A stretch of DNA of 64,000 nt, from assembly GCA_964016885.1 (NCBI GenBank), contig OZ024741.1:337032001-337096000 (forward strand), in the 5' to 3' direction. Shown piece by piece: positions 1-14,090 of the stretch (position 1 is the stretch's first letter; every line of letters begins with the position of its first letter). The stretch is from Eledone cirrhosa. Taxonomy: Eukaryota. The notes beneath the pieces are model-generated. The model was given only the letters and a program-made list of their open reading frames with translations, searched no databases and was not told the DNA's origin. Made by a program: the position numbers and the translations under genes.

Positions 1-12
1 GGAAGATGGGTA

Positions 13-57
13 AATATTGCTGATGAGATGTAATAACATCGAAACTAGTCCAATATT
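13..57 (+). ncRNA. Minimal type I hammerhead ribozyme
   Basis: Stem I AATATTG/CAATATT; core CTGATGA (20-26); stem II GATGT-AATA-ACATC; GAAAC; palindromic stem III ACTAGT; GTC triplet, predicted cleavage after 50. Confidence 0.85.
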
Positions 58-269
58 CCTGTCTGGCCCTCTGGAGAATAGAGGAAATGTGTTTCCTTGA
101 AAACTCGTATGACTCTAAAACCCGGTCCGCCTGTGTGGTTATATACAGACTAGCTGACACTCACTGTAAAGTGTCTAGTGAAAAGCTGAGTACATGTACA
201 TATGTATACATGTGTGTATTTATATGCTTACTAATACTTCCGTATACATATGTAGATGTACACTTTAAC

Positions 270-321
<52 letters not shown>

Positions 322-813
322 CATATATATATATATATATACTAGGGATAACAAAATATCGTTATAGTTAATCCAGTTTGAGGTTGTTACATCCGATGAT
401 CTGGTTAAGCTAACATCGTATTTTAAATTGAGTGGCACTGCTTCTAGTGTTCAGCAATTTTTAGACAACTTAATCAATGAAACAATTGTCAGACTGTAAA
501 TAAATCCTTTTTTTGTACTGTTGACCATGTTATTCCTCGCTTTTTCAATTTTATATATATATATTATATACTGTTGTGTTACTACTGCTACCAAACTCGT
601 CCGATGGGCTGCGTACTCTACCACTACGGATATTACCTTCCAGTATTCTACCTTTTTATATATATATATATATATATATCGGATAACAAATTATCGTTAT
701 AGGTAATCCAAAATGTGAATAAAGCCCTTATTGTATAGCAAACCATGTCACTCTTCTTTCTTGATTTATATATATATACATGTATATCTGTATATATATA
801 TACATATATATCT

Positions 814-1012
814 AACAAAGAGGGTGAGGTAAAATAACAGGTGGACCATAACGCACCAGAGTACTCAATACTTAAGGTAGTAGGGTGGGTAATAGGAAAA
901 GAGTCAGAACGCCAACGGCTGAGCTCCGGCCGTTTCAACAGCTAGATCCGGTTCAGATCTCGTTGCCAAAATGGCTGGAGATCAGCCGTCGGGGTCCTCA
1001 CTCTTTTCCTAT
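814..1012 (-). mobile_element. Fold-back element family B (hairpin + tail), in (TA)n
   Basis: Imperfect hairpin ATAGGAAAA(892)...TTTTCCTAT(1012) plus an ~80-nt unpaired tail containing AGTACTCAATAC; near-identical to 28781-28979. Strand inferred from tail position. Confidence 0.75.
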
Positions 1013-1849
1013 GTATATATCTATATATATATGTATATATATAAATATATATATATATATAAATATACATACATATTTCATATATATATATAATCCTTAT
1101 CGAATCCTCTTCGGATTTTAGTCTTTCATAATTATTATTACTATATATATAATATATATATATATATATGTATATATGTAAATATGTATATATATGTATA
1201 TATATATGTATATATATATATGTATATATATATGTATATATGTATATACACATATATACCTAAATTTATACCTAAATATAAACATATGATTTTAAACGTA
1301 TGCTCTAATCAGAGGTTTTCTATATACACCAATGTGTGTAAACATCAACATATACATACATTCAATAATTTCATTATAGAGTATTTATCTTTGCTTAGAA
1401 ATTACTGAATAAGAATAATGAAAAACTTACAAGTGTATTATTCATTAATGACAGATGGAAGAAGAAAAGCAGCTGTCAGAACCTTGTTATCATTTATAAC
1501 AGCTAGGTTTAAAATTCTTGTCAAATGTTTGTTAAATTTCACTAAATAAGGCCAATTCTGATTTGCTGTTGTCAATAATGTTATGGAAATGAAATTTAAT
1601 TATATCTTAGTTGTAGATAATTACTTAAAAAAATAAAATTAAAAAAATGGAAGATAGGAAAGACAAAATGAAATTAAATAAATAATCATAAAATTAAAAT
1701 AAGATATGAAATTGTAATATTATTGAAATTTGAACTGTAACATAGCCATTTAATGTTCAGTTTATGAGAGTATCATCTTAGCAAGACATAAATCTGGTTT
1801 TAAATTTCAAAATGTTTTTGACATTACAAAACACAGACAAGACAAAGAC

Positions 1850-2044
1850 ATATGTCCATACTGTAAAATGGTCCTGTTGGTAACAGCGAAAAGTGCTCAA
1901 TCCATACTGTAAAGTGGTTGTGTTGGTGACACATCAAAAATCACCCAGTCAACACTGTGAAGTGGTCGTGTTAGTGACATGATAAAAAAGCACCCATTCC
2001 ACATTGTAATGGGTCGTTTTGGTGATACAACAAGGAGCCCACCC
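1850..2044 (+). repeat. ~50-bp tandem array of the RTE 3'UTR-derived unit
   Basis: Repeated CCATACTGTAAAGTGGTCGTGTTGGTGACA-like unit, also at 16640-16850 and 21960-22175, and in the RTE 3'UTR near 12310-12410. Confidence 0.65.
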
Positions 2045-2244
2045 NNNNNNNNNNNNNNNNNNNNNNNNNNNNNNNNNNNNNNNNNNNNNNNNNNNNNNNN
2101 NNNNNNNNNNNNNNNNNNNNNNNNNNNNNNNNNNNNNNNNNNNNNNNNNNNNNNNNNNNNNNNNNNNNNNNNNNNNNNNNNNNNNNNNNNNNNNNNNNNN
2201 NNNNNNNNNNNNNNNNNNNNNNNNNNNNNNNNNNNNNNNNNNNN
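2045..2244. other. Assembly gap (200 N)
   Basis: Run of N. Confidence 0.99.
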
Positions 2245-2565
2245 GAAATTGCAGCCATATAAGATTTTTGTGTTTGACATATTTGAATACGTCAGTTATA
2301 AAACATCATATATTCCTCACAATACCATGTAATATCTTGGCAGTACAGGATTCTGGAAACTTTGTGTACACACACACACACTCACATACACATGCACACA
2401 TGCACACCCACACACACACACACTTATACACACACACAAATATGCACACATGCACACATACATATATATATATATATATGAATATATATATACATACATA
2501 TATATATATATAGAGAGAGAGAGATATAGATAGATAGATAAATAGATATACATACATACATACAA

Positions 2566-2631
<66 letters not shown>

Positions 2632-2880
2632 CCTCTCTCACATGTGTGTGTTTGTGATTCTTCATTTCTGCTACTCTAATCAATCAACGTTTTCTTTGAT
2701 GTCGTCTTTTGTGGGTATGCTCCCCACACATACTCCATCATCTTTCTAATTGGTTTTCTCAAGATTCTAATAAAACTAATCTTTTATCTACATTTGTTAA
2801 TCCTTCTCTTTACATCATCATATAGGGAGTGTCTGTGTGTGCATGTGTGCCTGTGTGTTTATGTGCGTGTATGTGCATAG

Positions 2881-2927
<47 letters not shown>

Positions 2928-2964
2928 CATGTGTGTGTATGTGTACTTGTGTCTGCATATATAT

Positions 2965-3012
<48 letters not shown>

Positions 3013-3348
3013 ATAGATATATAGATATGTATATATGTATATAGATATATAGATATATATTTGTCTGTGTGTGTGTGCATATATGTACATCTGTACATGT
3101 GTCAGTGTATGTATATGTGTATGTTTGTCACCATATATATGTGTGTGCATATGTATACATGTGTGTTTGTGTGTGTATGTATGTGTTTATCTCTGTATGT
3201 GTGTATATGTGTGCATAAAGGAAACCATATGTGTTGCCTAATAACATTTAAATGGCATCACATCTCTTCTGATTATGTTTTCTATCAATTTGCTACTATT
3301 ATTACACCTAAAACTCCACCACTGGCAATATTAACTATACATATATAT

Positions 3349-3413
<65 letters not shown>

Positions 3414-3475
3414 TATATATATATATGTGTGTATGTATTTATATGTATATATGTATATATATGTGCGTGCATATA

Positions 3476-3552
<77 letters not shown>

Positions 3553-3581
3553 ATATATATATATGTATATATGTATATATT

Positions 3582-3639
<58 letters not shown>

Positions 3640-3659
3640 TATATATATATATACATCTA

Positions 3660-3691
<32 letters not shown>

Positions 3692-4567
3692 AATATATAT
3701 GTATATATATAAATTCTATGTATATATATATATATATATATTTATACACACACACACACACGTACAGAGAAGAACTTTTCACTGTATACTCATTGTGTTC
3801 CTCTCCTATAATCTATCTAATTGATACAACTCCACTAGTAACGCCCTTACATACCACATATATCAATTTGTATATATTCTTATATGTCTAACAATTCAAC
3901 TTTCCTTTACATCGTTCAACTCTTGTTGTTGTTGTTCATGTTTATCCCCTGGACAAGCCTGATTAAGCAGACCTATAATCAAAAATCATTCCATTTAAGA
4001 AATGTCTCATTTATGTATCATATATTTTCTTATGTGATTACATTACCTGATGTGTCCTTCTTCATTTTTATCTATGTAGTATTGTGTTATTTGAGGCTGT
4101 TTCTAGCAGATAGTGTTCCACAAAGAGGCTCATTGTTCTAGTGGCAATGTTCCTGTTAGGGTATAGACTAGTGTTGGTCAAACTGCAAAAATACATGCCA
4201 GTTCTAGGCTTTCATTGTTGTTTGGAAGGATATTTACCAATAAATAAATAAATAGATAAATAAATAAATTAAAAGTCTATTTTCAGAATATTTGCAAATT
4301 AGTGAATCTTCGATTCTCATCAAAGTCTGCATGCAACATAAGAAACAGATCGTGTATGTGCATATATACACATGCAGATATATATATGTATCTGTATGTG
4401 AACATGGGAAAAGGCCCTCAAAAGTCATGGGCTCTAATCCATCATTATATGCATGTGTGTATATATATATACATATTTATTAAAATAACAGATTAAAGTT
4501 TAAGCAAAGAATCGCTGCTTTCACCCTTAACGGGATTTTAGTCTTCAAATTTATTATTATTACTATG

Positions 4568-4883
<316 letters not shown>

Positions 4884-4884
4884 C

Positions 4885-4919
<35 letters not shown>

Positions 4920-5385
4920 TAAACATAAATTATCGAGATTTGCATTTCGGCCCACGAAATAACGAAAAACAACCTCCTAGATGTGCGGCAAGTGCTCAAT
5001 GATTCAGATGAACCAGAGCTATAACAAACGTTAAAGGCCAAACACACTGAGACGATGGTTAAACAATCATTCGCATAGCCAAAAAAACGATCAAGTAATT
5101 CGGGTATTGAAAATTTACCAGGACCCCTGGAAGGTTGGTAAAATCCAGTATATGGGTTTCTGCGGCTCCTAAATCAAGTACCGTCCGCTTACATAAATAA
5201 TGTCAGGCTTCTGGTAAGATGATTGAACAAGGAAGCCACTTTCTCAACAGGTTTTAGTTCAATGTTAATACAAGGACTGACCATTGCTGACCCCACGTGA
5301 GGATCGGCAAGGGAGGCAACGCCTATATCAGGCCAATGAATTCAGTTGTGTATATTTTTGCAAGAATGCAAAAACATCACAAATC

Positions 5386-5428
<43 letters not shown>

Positions 5429-5453
5429 TATACATGTATATATATATATATAT

Positions 5454-5630
5454 CCGATGTGGTTGATGGCTGAGAGAAAGGAGTACTCAATACTGAATTA
5501 GTGTGTTAATAGTCATTTTATTAAGGCTAAATAGTGAGTCTTGTAATTCTGGAGTTTTGCCTGTTTAACTGATGATAAACAGGTGAAACTCCAGAGTAAC
5601 AAGACTCACTATTTAGCCTTAATAAAATGA
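5454..5630 (-). mobile_element. Fold-back element (hairpin 5513-5630 + tail) with hammerhead remnant
   Basis: ~55-bp inverted arms; loop region holds CTGATGA and the right arm GAAACTCCAGAGTA; tail has GAGTACTCAATACT (5481-5494); (TA)n on the left, short TA run on the right. Confidence 0.7.
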
Positions 5631-5782
5631 ATAATATATATACTTACAGAATATCTTATAAAAAATATACAAAATCACCGAAGGGTAGATCCCAGTAAAC
5701 TAATCTAAAACAAGAAAAACTTCACAAGCATCTCACTATGTTAGATAAATTTTACTTATGTATGATATATATATATATATAT

Positions 5783-6148
5783 GTACAGAGGGTATATTTA
5801 ATTTGTTGGGATTCCTCAAGCTTAAACATTTGTATAACTGATATAAAGCACTCAACAGATAAGTGGAGTAAATATACAATATATTAACAAATGGAAACTA
5901 TATTTATAAAACCATATTTATTTTATTATACATATCTCAAGGCCACCAAGGCAAAATATGGTGCGCTTCATGGAAGCTCCAACCGTTAAGGTTGTCTTTT
6001 TTCAGGGTATGTCAATATTTATTTATAAAACAAATCTGTATTGTATTTTATCTGATGAAAGCGCACCATAATTTGCCTTGGTGGCCCTTGAAATATGTAT
6101 AATAAAATAAATATGGTTTTATAAAATATAGTTTCCATTTGTTAATAT

Positions 6149-6156
<8 letters not shown>
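5783..6156. mobile_element. Fold-back hammerhead element family A
   Basis: Inverted arms ~5873-5971 and ~6053-6156; tail 5783-5872 with AGCACTCAACA; homologous to 8192-8569, 27843-28135 and 51765-51902; (TA)n both sides. Confidence 0.8.
6044..6109 (+). ncRNA. Type I hammerhead ribozyme (family A)
   Basis: Stem I TATTTTAT/ATAAAATA (8 bp); CTGATGA 6052-6058; stem II AAG..CACCA/TGGTG..CTT; GAAAT-ATGT-ATA, predicted cleavage after 6101. Confidence 0.8.
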
Positions 6157-6208
<52 letters not shown>

Positions 6209-6219
6209 ATATATATATA

Positions 6220-6340
6220 AGGTAAAGAAATTGAAAATGCAACTGGAGTCTTTTAAGAATATTTATTTATTTCCTTTACCGGTTTCACAGTTCTTATGCT
6301 TTTCGAAAGTAAAATTGAGATGGATGGTTTGTGTCTCTGT
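6220..6340 (-). mobile_element. Family C element end with decayed hammerhead (6273-6310)
   Basis: Minus strand CTT-TCGAAAA-GCA..TGT-GAAACCGGTA-AAG; shares GAAAATGCAACTGGAGTCTT with 51500-51540 and 57403-57549. Confidence 0.55.
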
Positions 6341-6639
6341 TGTGGTTTGTCTTGCATCTGGTTTGTGTTCAAAATTTCTTTCTGTTTTATGTGGAAAGAG
6401 TGGCTCAAATTGGTGGGTTTTTTTAAAATAGTAATTTGGTTGGTTGATGGCTGTCATGTGAATAAGTACAATACATTTCATGCCTATTTGCCATTTAAAT
6501 GGTTGGTCACAATCACATGATTGGCCATATAATATAGGTGCCAGAAAAGGATGGTTTGTCATAGAAAGTTTTGTGCCAAACAAAAGATAATAGTCAAGAA
6601 ATGGGAGGGGAGAAATAGTTCTGGTTCAGTGATATATAT

Positions 6640-6983
6640 CATCATCATCATCATCATTTCATTTTACGTCCGCTTTCCCTGCTTGCAAGGGTGGGACGGG
6701 AACTGATTTTGGCTTGATTTCTACAGCTGGATGCCCTTCCTAACACCAACCTCATTTACAGTGAGTGCTGGGTGCTTTTTTGCCATGGCGCCTACACGTC
6801 CACTTTGCAGTGGAATGATAGGGAACCCAGTCCCTATCATCTCATTTCTACAGCTGAGTAAACTGGAGCAATGTGAAATAAAGTGTCTTGCTCAAGGAAA
6901 CAACACATCACCCGGTCTGAGAATTGAACTCACAACCTTTCGATTGCAAGGCCAATGATCTAACCACTAAGCCATGTGCCTCC
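6640..6983 (-). mobile_element. tRNA-derived SINE with RTE-derived 3' tail
   Basis: Head GGAGGCACATGGCTTAGTGGTTAG (A box) and GAGTTCAATTCTC (B box); (GAT)n tail; near-identical copies at 27029 and 28149. Confidence 0.85.
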
Positions 6984-7004
6984 ATATGTTGTGATATATA
7001 CATA

Positions 7005-7200
7005 TAACAAAAATAACAAAACAAATGGCACAGTACAATGGAAGAAATATATTAGTTTAATCCTTGAAATAGAAGGAAGAGATTCTGGACACGTTTTGGA
7101 CACTCGTCTTTCATCAGAAGATAGAGTTAGAAATAGAAGATAAATAGAAAGTAAAGTGTGATAAGAGGAAGGAACAAGGAAAAATGAGGGTAAAAATTGG
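7005..7200 (-). mobile_element. Family E element end with decayed hammerhead (7082-7122)
   Basis: Minus strand CTGATGA-AAGAC-GAGT-GTCC-AAAAC-GT-GTC; flanks align by eye with 45428-45630. Confidence 0.55.
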
Positions 7201-7654
7201 AGAGAAACCCCCCCCCCCCCTACATGCCCATATTCAGTCAGCCATCCTGGAGAGTATATATATAATGAAGGAAGTGTGGCAAGGAACCAGATGGACGGTA
7301 ACGTCCAGAAATAGCCATTGAAACGGATTGAGCTCTGCCACAGTGTTACCTTTTCAACATATTGTATTTTAAAGAGCTCAGGATTCCTTCTCCTTTGAGC
7401 ACATTATTTAGAGGGAATAGCGAGAGTCTATGGCTCCGTTAATCTATCGTGATATTTCACTCCTTATAACAGTCTTTCCCCTCTCTCTGTTTGGTTGAGC
7501 ACACTCATCTGAGTGGTTTTGGGCTGCCCTTTCTAGCAGCTCATCCCTCAGACACCACTGGTTACTGCCCTAGGCACGCTGTGACATCTCTCTCCCACGT
7601 GTAGCTGGACAGTCGCTTTAAATTCCCTTAGAGTTGTCTGGAATGTATAACCTT

Positions 7655-7736
7655 ACACACGCTGATGAACCATGGGCTATTTATTTCTGTCAACAAATTA
7701 TTGCCGAAACAGATCTCTTTGGATTTTTACGTGTGT
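7655..7736 (+). ncRNA. Hammerhead ribozyme with long stem II (family D)
   Basis: Stem I ACACACG/CGTGTGT; CTGATGA 7662-7668; GAAAC 7706-7710; stem III AGATC/GATTT; triplet TTA here, GTA in the homologous copy near 11551-11580. Confidence 0.7.
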
Positions 7737-8322
7737 TATATAGTTATAGAGGTCTGTATATACACTTTATCGTGATATATATATATAGATAGAATTTGAA
7801 GTTTGAAAGCCACAACAATGCGGGTTTGGACGGAAAATAATTTAAGTCGTAAGAAAGGTTTTTTTTTATCTTGATTTACTCATGTCCTGATATTTCGAGA
7901 TTAATATCTTTTTCTGAGGAAAATAAAGGAACAATTCCAGTGTTTGATGTGGCTTGCTATACCATGTGTGCGTGTATATATATATATATGAATTAGTTTA
8001 GCGAGGTTTTTTATATGAAATCGTGTGTCAACATTGAGGACCGATTAAGTTAGATCGCAGATATAAAAGACAGCGAGAAGTGAAAACCAACCAAACAGTG
8101 AGTGTGTTCTGTTATTAATTCTGGCAATATTACACAAATATGACCCTCCCCAAGTATAACAATATATATATATATATGTATATATATATATGTAAAGTTA
8201 TATTTAAAATTGTTGGGTTACAACTAGTAAATATTTATAACTGATATAAAAGCACTCGACAAATATTTGGAGTATATTTACAATATTAAATAAATGGAAA
8301 ACTATATTTATAAAACCATATT

Positions 8323-8388
8323 TATTTCATTATATATATTTCGGGGATATCATATTAACAATATGCTATGCCTTCATCAGACAAAATA
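8323..8388 (-). ncRNA. Type I hammerhead ribozyme (mirror copy)
   Basis: Reverse complement of 8460-8525. Confidence 0.75.
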
Positions 8389-8459
8389 CAATATAAACAG
8401 TTTTATAGATGTTTATTACGGTATGTCGAATATATTTATCTATAAAACTGTTTATATTG

Positions 8460-8525
8460 TATTTTGTCTGATGAAGGCATAGCATATTGTTAATATGATA
8501 TCCCCGAAATATATATAATGAAATA
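8460..8525 (+). ncRNA. Type I hammerhead ribozyme (family A)
   Basis: Stem I TATTTTGT/ATGAAATA (2 GU); CTGATGA 8468-8474; stem II includes CATATT/AATATG; GAAAT-ATAT-ATA, predicted cleavage after 8517. Confidence 0.75.
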
Positions 8526-8563
8526 AATATGGTTTTATAAATATAGTTTTCCATTTATTTAAT

Positions 8564-8629
<66 letters not shown>

Positions 8630-8630
8630 A

Positions 8631-8783
<153 letters not shown>

Positions 8784-8789
8784 TGTATA

Positions 8790-9389
<600 letters not shown>

Positions 9390-9394
9390 AGGCA

Positions 9395-11498
9395 ACACGG
9401 TCACATTACAGCGTGGACTGTGTGTTTTTTTGTCGTGACACCTACACGATCTCGTTTGTTTCGGCCTGGATGTTGTGGCACCAACATAACTTTGCATTGA
9501 AGGGGGCAGTGTGGATGGGGTGGGACGGGGGTGTATTTTGTTAGAGATGCCTACTGACTAGTAGGTTTTACTTTGTATTTAGGTGAGGCGGGTCTTCTCT
9601 GTTACCGAGTACCGCCAAAGGTCTCGGTCCATTGTCTTGGAGAGGTGTAAGTGTGTGAGGTCGGAATTTATCAGCTCGTCCCAGGTTTTCCTGGGTCTGC
9701 CTACTCCGTGGCTACCATCTATCTTTATTGCCCTGCACTTTGTTATACAGCTGTCGTCTTTCATGCGCATCACGTGACCATACCAACGTAGCCTTCTCTC
9801 GAGTAAACAACATCTGATCCCTCTTATTTCTAATTTTTTCCTTAGTTTGTTTATGCTTTGCCGTTCACATATATTACTATTACACATCCAGCGGAGCATG
9901 CAAGCTTCGTTCCTCTCTAGTCTGCGTATATCCTCTGCACACAATGCCCAGGTCTCACTGCCATGCAACATTGCTGTTCGTATGCAGGCATCATACAACC
10001 TGCCTTTCATTTTTAGGGAGAACCCTTTAGCGGCTAATAGTGGTATAAGCTCTCTGAACTTTTTCCATCCAGTTCTGACTCTAGCTACTGTACTTTCAGA
10101 GCACCCTCCCCCACTGCTGATTTTGTCACCCAGGTAACGGAAGCTGTCCACTATTTCTATAGAACCCTCTGCGCAATTGAAAGAGTTAGTATTTGTGGGC
10201 ACTTGCTGCTACTTATTGCACCAGAGCACCGGCCACATGTAAAATCTGTGTTCTTAGTTAGCTTACCTGTGATCCCACTACATCTTTTATGCACCCATAC
10301 TTTGCATTTGGGACATAAAATGGAGTTTCTACCTACGCCTTTCCTACATACTGAGCATGGCCATTTCCTGGAGGGGACCGGCGCCTTATTTTCGTTCCTA
10401 CAAACTAGAACTTTAGTCTTAGCCAGGTTAATTTTAAGGCCTTTTGATTCTAGGCCGTGCTTCCATGTTTGGAATTTCTTCTCTAGCTCGGCCATTGATT
10501 CAGCTATGAGCGTTAGATCATCTGCGTATAGGAGTTCCCATGGGCAGCCGGTCTTGAACTCCTCTGTTATAGCCTGAAGGGCAATAATAAATAGTAGGGG
10601 GCTAAGAACAGAGCCCTGATGGACACCAACTTTTACGCTAAACTCTTCACTATATTCGTTGTTAATTCTAACCTTGCTGACTGTTTCTTGATACATGGCT
10701 TGTATGGCTCTCACAAGCCATTCGTCAACACCTAGTTTTCTAAGAGCCCACCAGATAATGGAACGGGGGACTCTGTCGAAGGCTTTCTCCAAGTCAACAA
10801 AAGCTAAGTATAAAGGTTTACTTTTAGCTAGGTACTTCTCCTGTAGTTGTCGTACAATGAAAAGAGTGTCTGTGGTACTTTCACCTGACACAAACCCGAA
10901 CTGCATTTCATCTAGATCAATTCTCTCTCTGATTAGTTGCGCTATTACTTTTTCCATGACCTTCATGACCTGGTCGATTAATTTAATGCCTCTATAGTTA
11001 CTCCTATCTAGGGCGTCTCCTTTACCCTTGTAACAGTTAACGATGATGCTGCTATGCCAGTCCTTCGGAACAACCCCATTCTGTATGACTTGGTTTACTA
11101 TCCGGGTGACCATGGTGTGTCCCACCGTACCGGAGGCTTTCAGCATCTCAGCAACTATTTCCGAAGGCCCAGCCGCCTTACCCGTCTTCATATCTTTGAT
11201 TGCCTTACTTATTATACTACCCTCGACTAACACTGCTGGTCCCTCTATTGGCTCGATGTGGGGGAGACTGTCTTCCTCCCATTTATTCTCCTCATTGAGT
11301 AGCCTTTCGTAGTGACACTTCCAAGCTACCTTCTTATCAGCGTCAGTGATGGCAAGTACGCCATCATCATTAAGTACACACTTCTCCCCGACAATATCAC
11401 GGTTTTCCTTGACACATTGCCTAGCAATCCTGAACACCTCACGTTTTTGGTCCTCGCGTTGTAGAACATGCTTGAACTTTCTTTCCTCTGCTTCCCTT
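9395..11498 (-). mobile_element. RTE family 1 LINE, 5'-truncated and frameshifted
   Basis: RT motifs YRGIKL, QFGF, DLEKAFD, GVHQGSVLSP, YADD (ORF 10157-11437); PHD-type C4HC3 finger; C-terminus in a second frame (9579-10202); 5' end abuts (TA)n. Confidence 0.95.
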
Positions 11499-11517
11499 TA
11501 TATATATATATATATAT

Positions 11518-11783
11518 AAATCAGGAAGGAAGAGTCACACGGTTTGCTATACAGATCTCTTTGGATTTGTAGGTGTGTGTTATATAGTTATAGAGGTTTG
11601 TATATGCACTTTAATTTATATTTTTAATTACTGTGTGTCTACTCTGCCTTTCATAGGTTATAGATTCCATAGACTGGTCGTTTTTCCTTGTTTTATTGAT
11701 GGCGCACTATCTCTCTCTAGTGTGTTACCTTTTCAACATAGTCCACTTAAGTGGACTACCTATAGCAATAATTTGTTACCCCG
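11518..11783. mobile_element. Family D fragment in (TA)n
   Basis: Shares ACAGATCTCTTTGGATT..GTGTGTTATATAGTTATAGAGG and GTGTTACCTTTTCAACATA with 7263-7770; left end is the reverse complement of ~733-770. Confidence 0.6.
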
Positions 11784-11816
11784 TATATATATATATATAT
11801 ATATATATGCATATGT

Positions 11817-11848
<32 letters not shown>

Positions 11849-11900
11849 GTATATATATATATGTATATATATATGCATATGTATATGTGTGTATATATAT

Positions 11901-12565
<665 letters not shown>

Positions 12566-12582
12566 ATATATATATATATATG

Positions 12583-12634
<52 letters not shown>

Positions 12635-12671
12635 TATATATATGTGTATATATATATAAATATATATATAG

Positions 12672-12702
<31 letters not shown>

Positions 12703-12712
12703 GATATATATA

Positions 12713-13466
12713 TGAAATTCCAAACATGGAAGCATGGCCTAGAATCAAAAGGCCTTAAAATTAACCTGTCTAAGACTAAAGTTCTAGTTTGTAGGAAAGA
12801 AAATAGGGCACCGGTCCCATCCGGGAAATGGCCATGCTCAGTGTGTAGGAAAGGAGGTAGAAACTCCATTTTATGTCCCAAATGCAAAGTATGGGTGCAT
12901 AACCGATGTAGTGGGATCACAGGTAAGCTAACTAAGAACATAGATTTTATATGTGGCCGGTGCTCTGGTGCAATAAGTAGCAGCAAGTGCCCACAGAACA
13001 CTAGTTCATTCCATTGCACAGATGGTTCTATAGAAATAGTGGACAACTTCCGTTACCTGGGTGACAAAATCAGCAGTGGTGGAAGGTGCTCTGAAAGTAC
13101 AGTAGCTAGAGTCAGAACTGGATGGAAAAAGTTCAGAGAGCTTATACCACTATTGGCCACTAAAGGTTTCTCTCTAAAAATGAAAGGCAGGTTGTATGAT
13201 GCCTGCATACGAACATCAATGTTACATGGCAGTGAGACTTGGGCATTGTGTGCAGAGGATATACGCAGACTGGAGAGGAACGAAGCTTGCATGCTCCGCT
13301 GGATGTGTAATAGTAATATACGTGAACGGCAAAGCATAAACGAACTAAGGGAAAAATTAGAAATAAGAGGGATCAGATGTTGTTTACTCGAGAGAAGGCT
13401 ACGTTGGTATGGTCACGTGATGCGCATGAAAGACGACAGCTGTATAAAAAAGTGCAGGGCAATAAA
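12713..13466 (+). mobile_element. RTE family 1, internal fragment
   Basis: ORF 12682-13491 from [10 protein letters not shown] to KCRAIK, including the PHD-type finger. Confidence 0.9.
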
Positions 13467-13864
13467 AATTATTTTGAATAAAAACATTTGAAGTGATTTA
13501 GTAATATAACTAACTATCTCATTATTTGGGTGGTGTTTGGAACATAACTTAAAAAAGATTCTTCCATATATATATATATTTGTATGTGTGTTTGTGTGTG
13601 TTTGTATATATGATGGTCTCAACAAAGTTTCTGTCTATACAATTTCCTTCTGAAGGTTTTAACAGATATTCACTGCAACGTGCCATGCAGCAGATGTGAA
13701 CTTGAAACCACATCATTGTGAATTAAACTTCTTTACCCTTTTTTCGATTTATTAATGAAAAATGTTGAGATACTTATTAAAATTATTAATTATTTTACTA
13801 CTAAGATCGTAAGTTAACATATATATAGAATTATGTTGCAAGATTTTTTTAAAGTAAAAGCGCT

Positions 13865-14090
13865 TTAACCCTTTAGCATTTACATTCCTCTATATATATT
13901 GTATTTTTGTAGTAAAGGCTTTATCTTACATAATTATCTAATATAATATTGAATCTACAAGATTTTGATGTTATTTATTTTGAGTACAATACCTTCACAT
14001 CAGTATATGTGGCCAATTATGGCCATTTTGAACAGAAAGAGGAGAGAGAGTTCTGGCTAGATATGGGTGGTTTAAATTCTAAAGGGTTAA
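13865..14090. mobile_element. piggyBac-like MITE
   Basis: TTAA-CCCTTTAGCATTTA...TAAATTCTAAAGGG-TTAA; second copy at 52549-52778. Confidence 0.75.

Larger units (their letters stand above)
8192..8569. mobile_element. Fold-back hammerhead element family A, 132-bp arms
   Basis: Arms 8279-8410 and 8438-8569 are reverse complements (mirror ORFs at 8294 + and 8554 -); 27-nt spacer; tail with AGCACTCGACA; (TA)n both sides. Confidence 0.9.

Noticed and set aside
1850-2044. Regularly spaced ~50-bp repeats resembling a CRISPR array
   Set aside because: Eukaryotic, degenerate tandem units without unique spacers; RTE UTR-derived.
6920-6983. tRNA-like heads here and at 27310, 28420, 31019 and 44237
   Set aside because: SINE heads with A/B boxes; no complete cloverleaf.
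7885-7920. Minus-strand hammerhead-like TCCT-CAGAAAA-AGAT..ATCT-CGAAAT-ATC-AGGA
   Set aside because: Two core mismatches and no second copy to support it; possibly a relic.
8294-8554. Two mirror 62-aa ORFs starting MENYIYK
   Set aside because: By-product of the palindrome; no coding signature.
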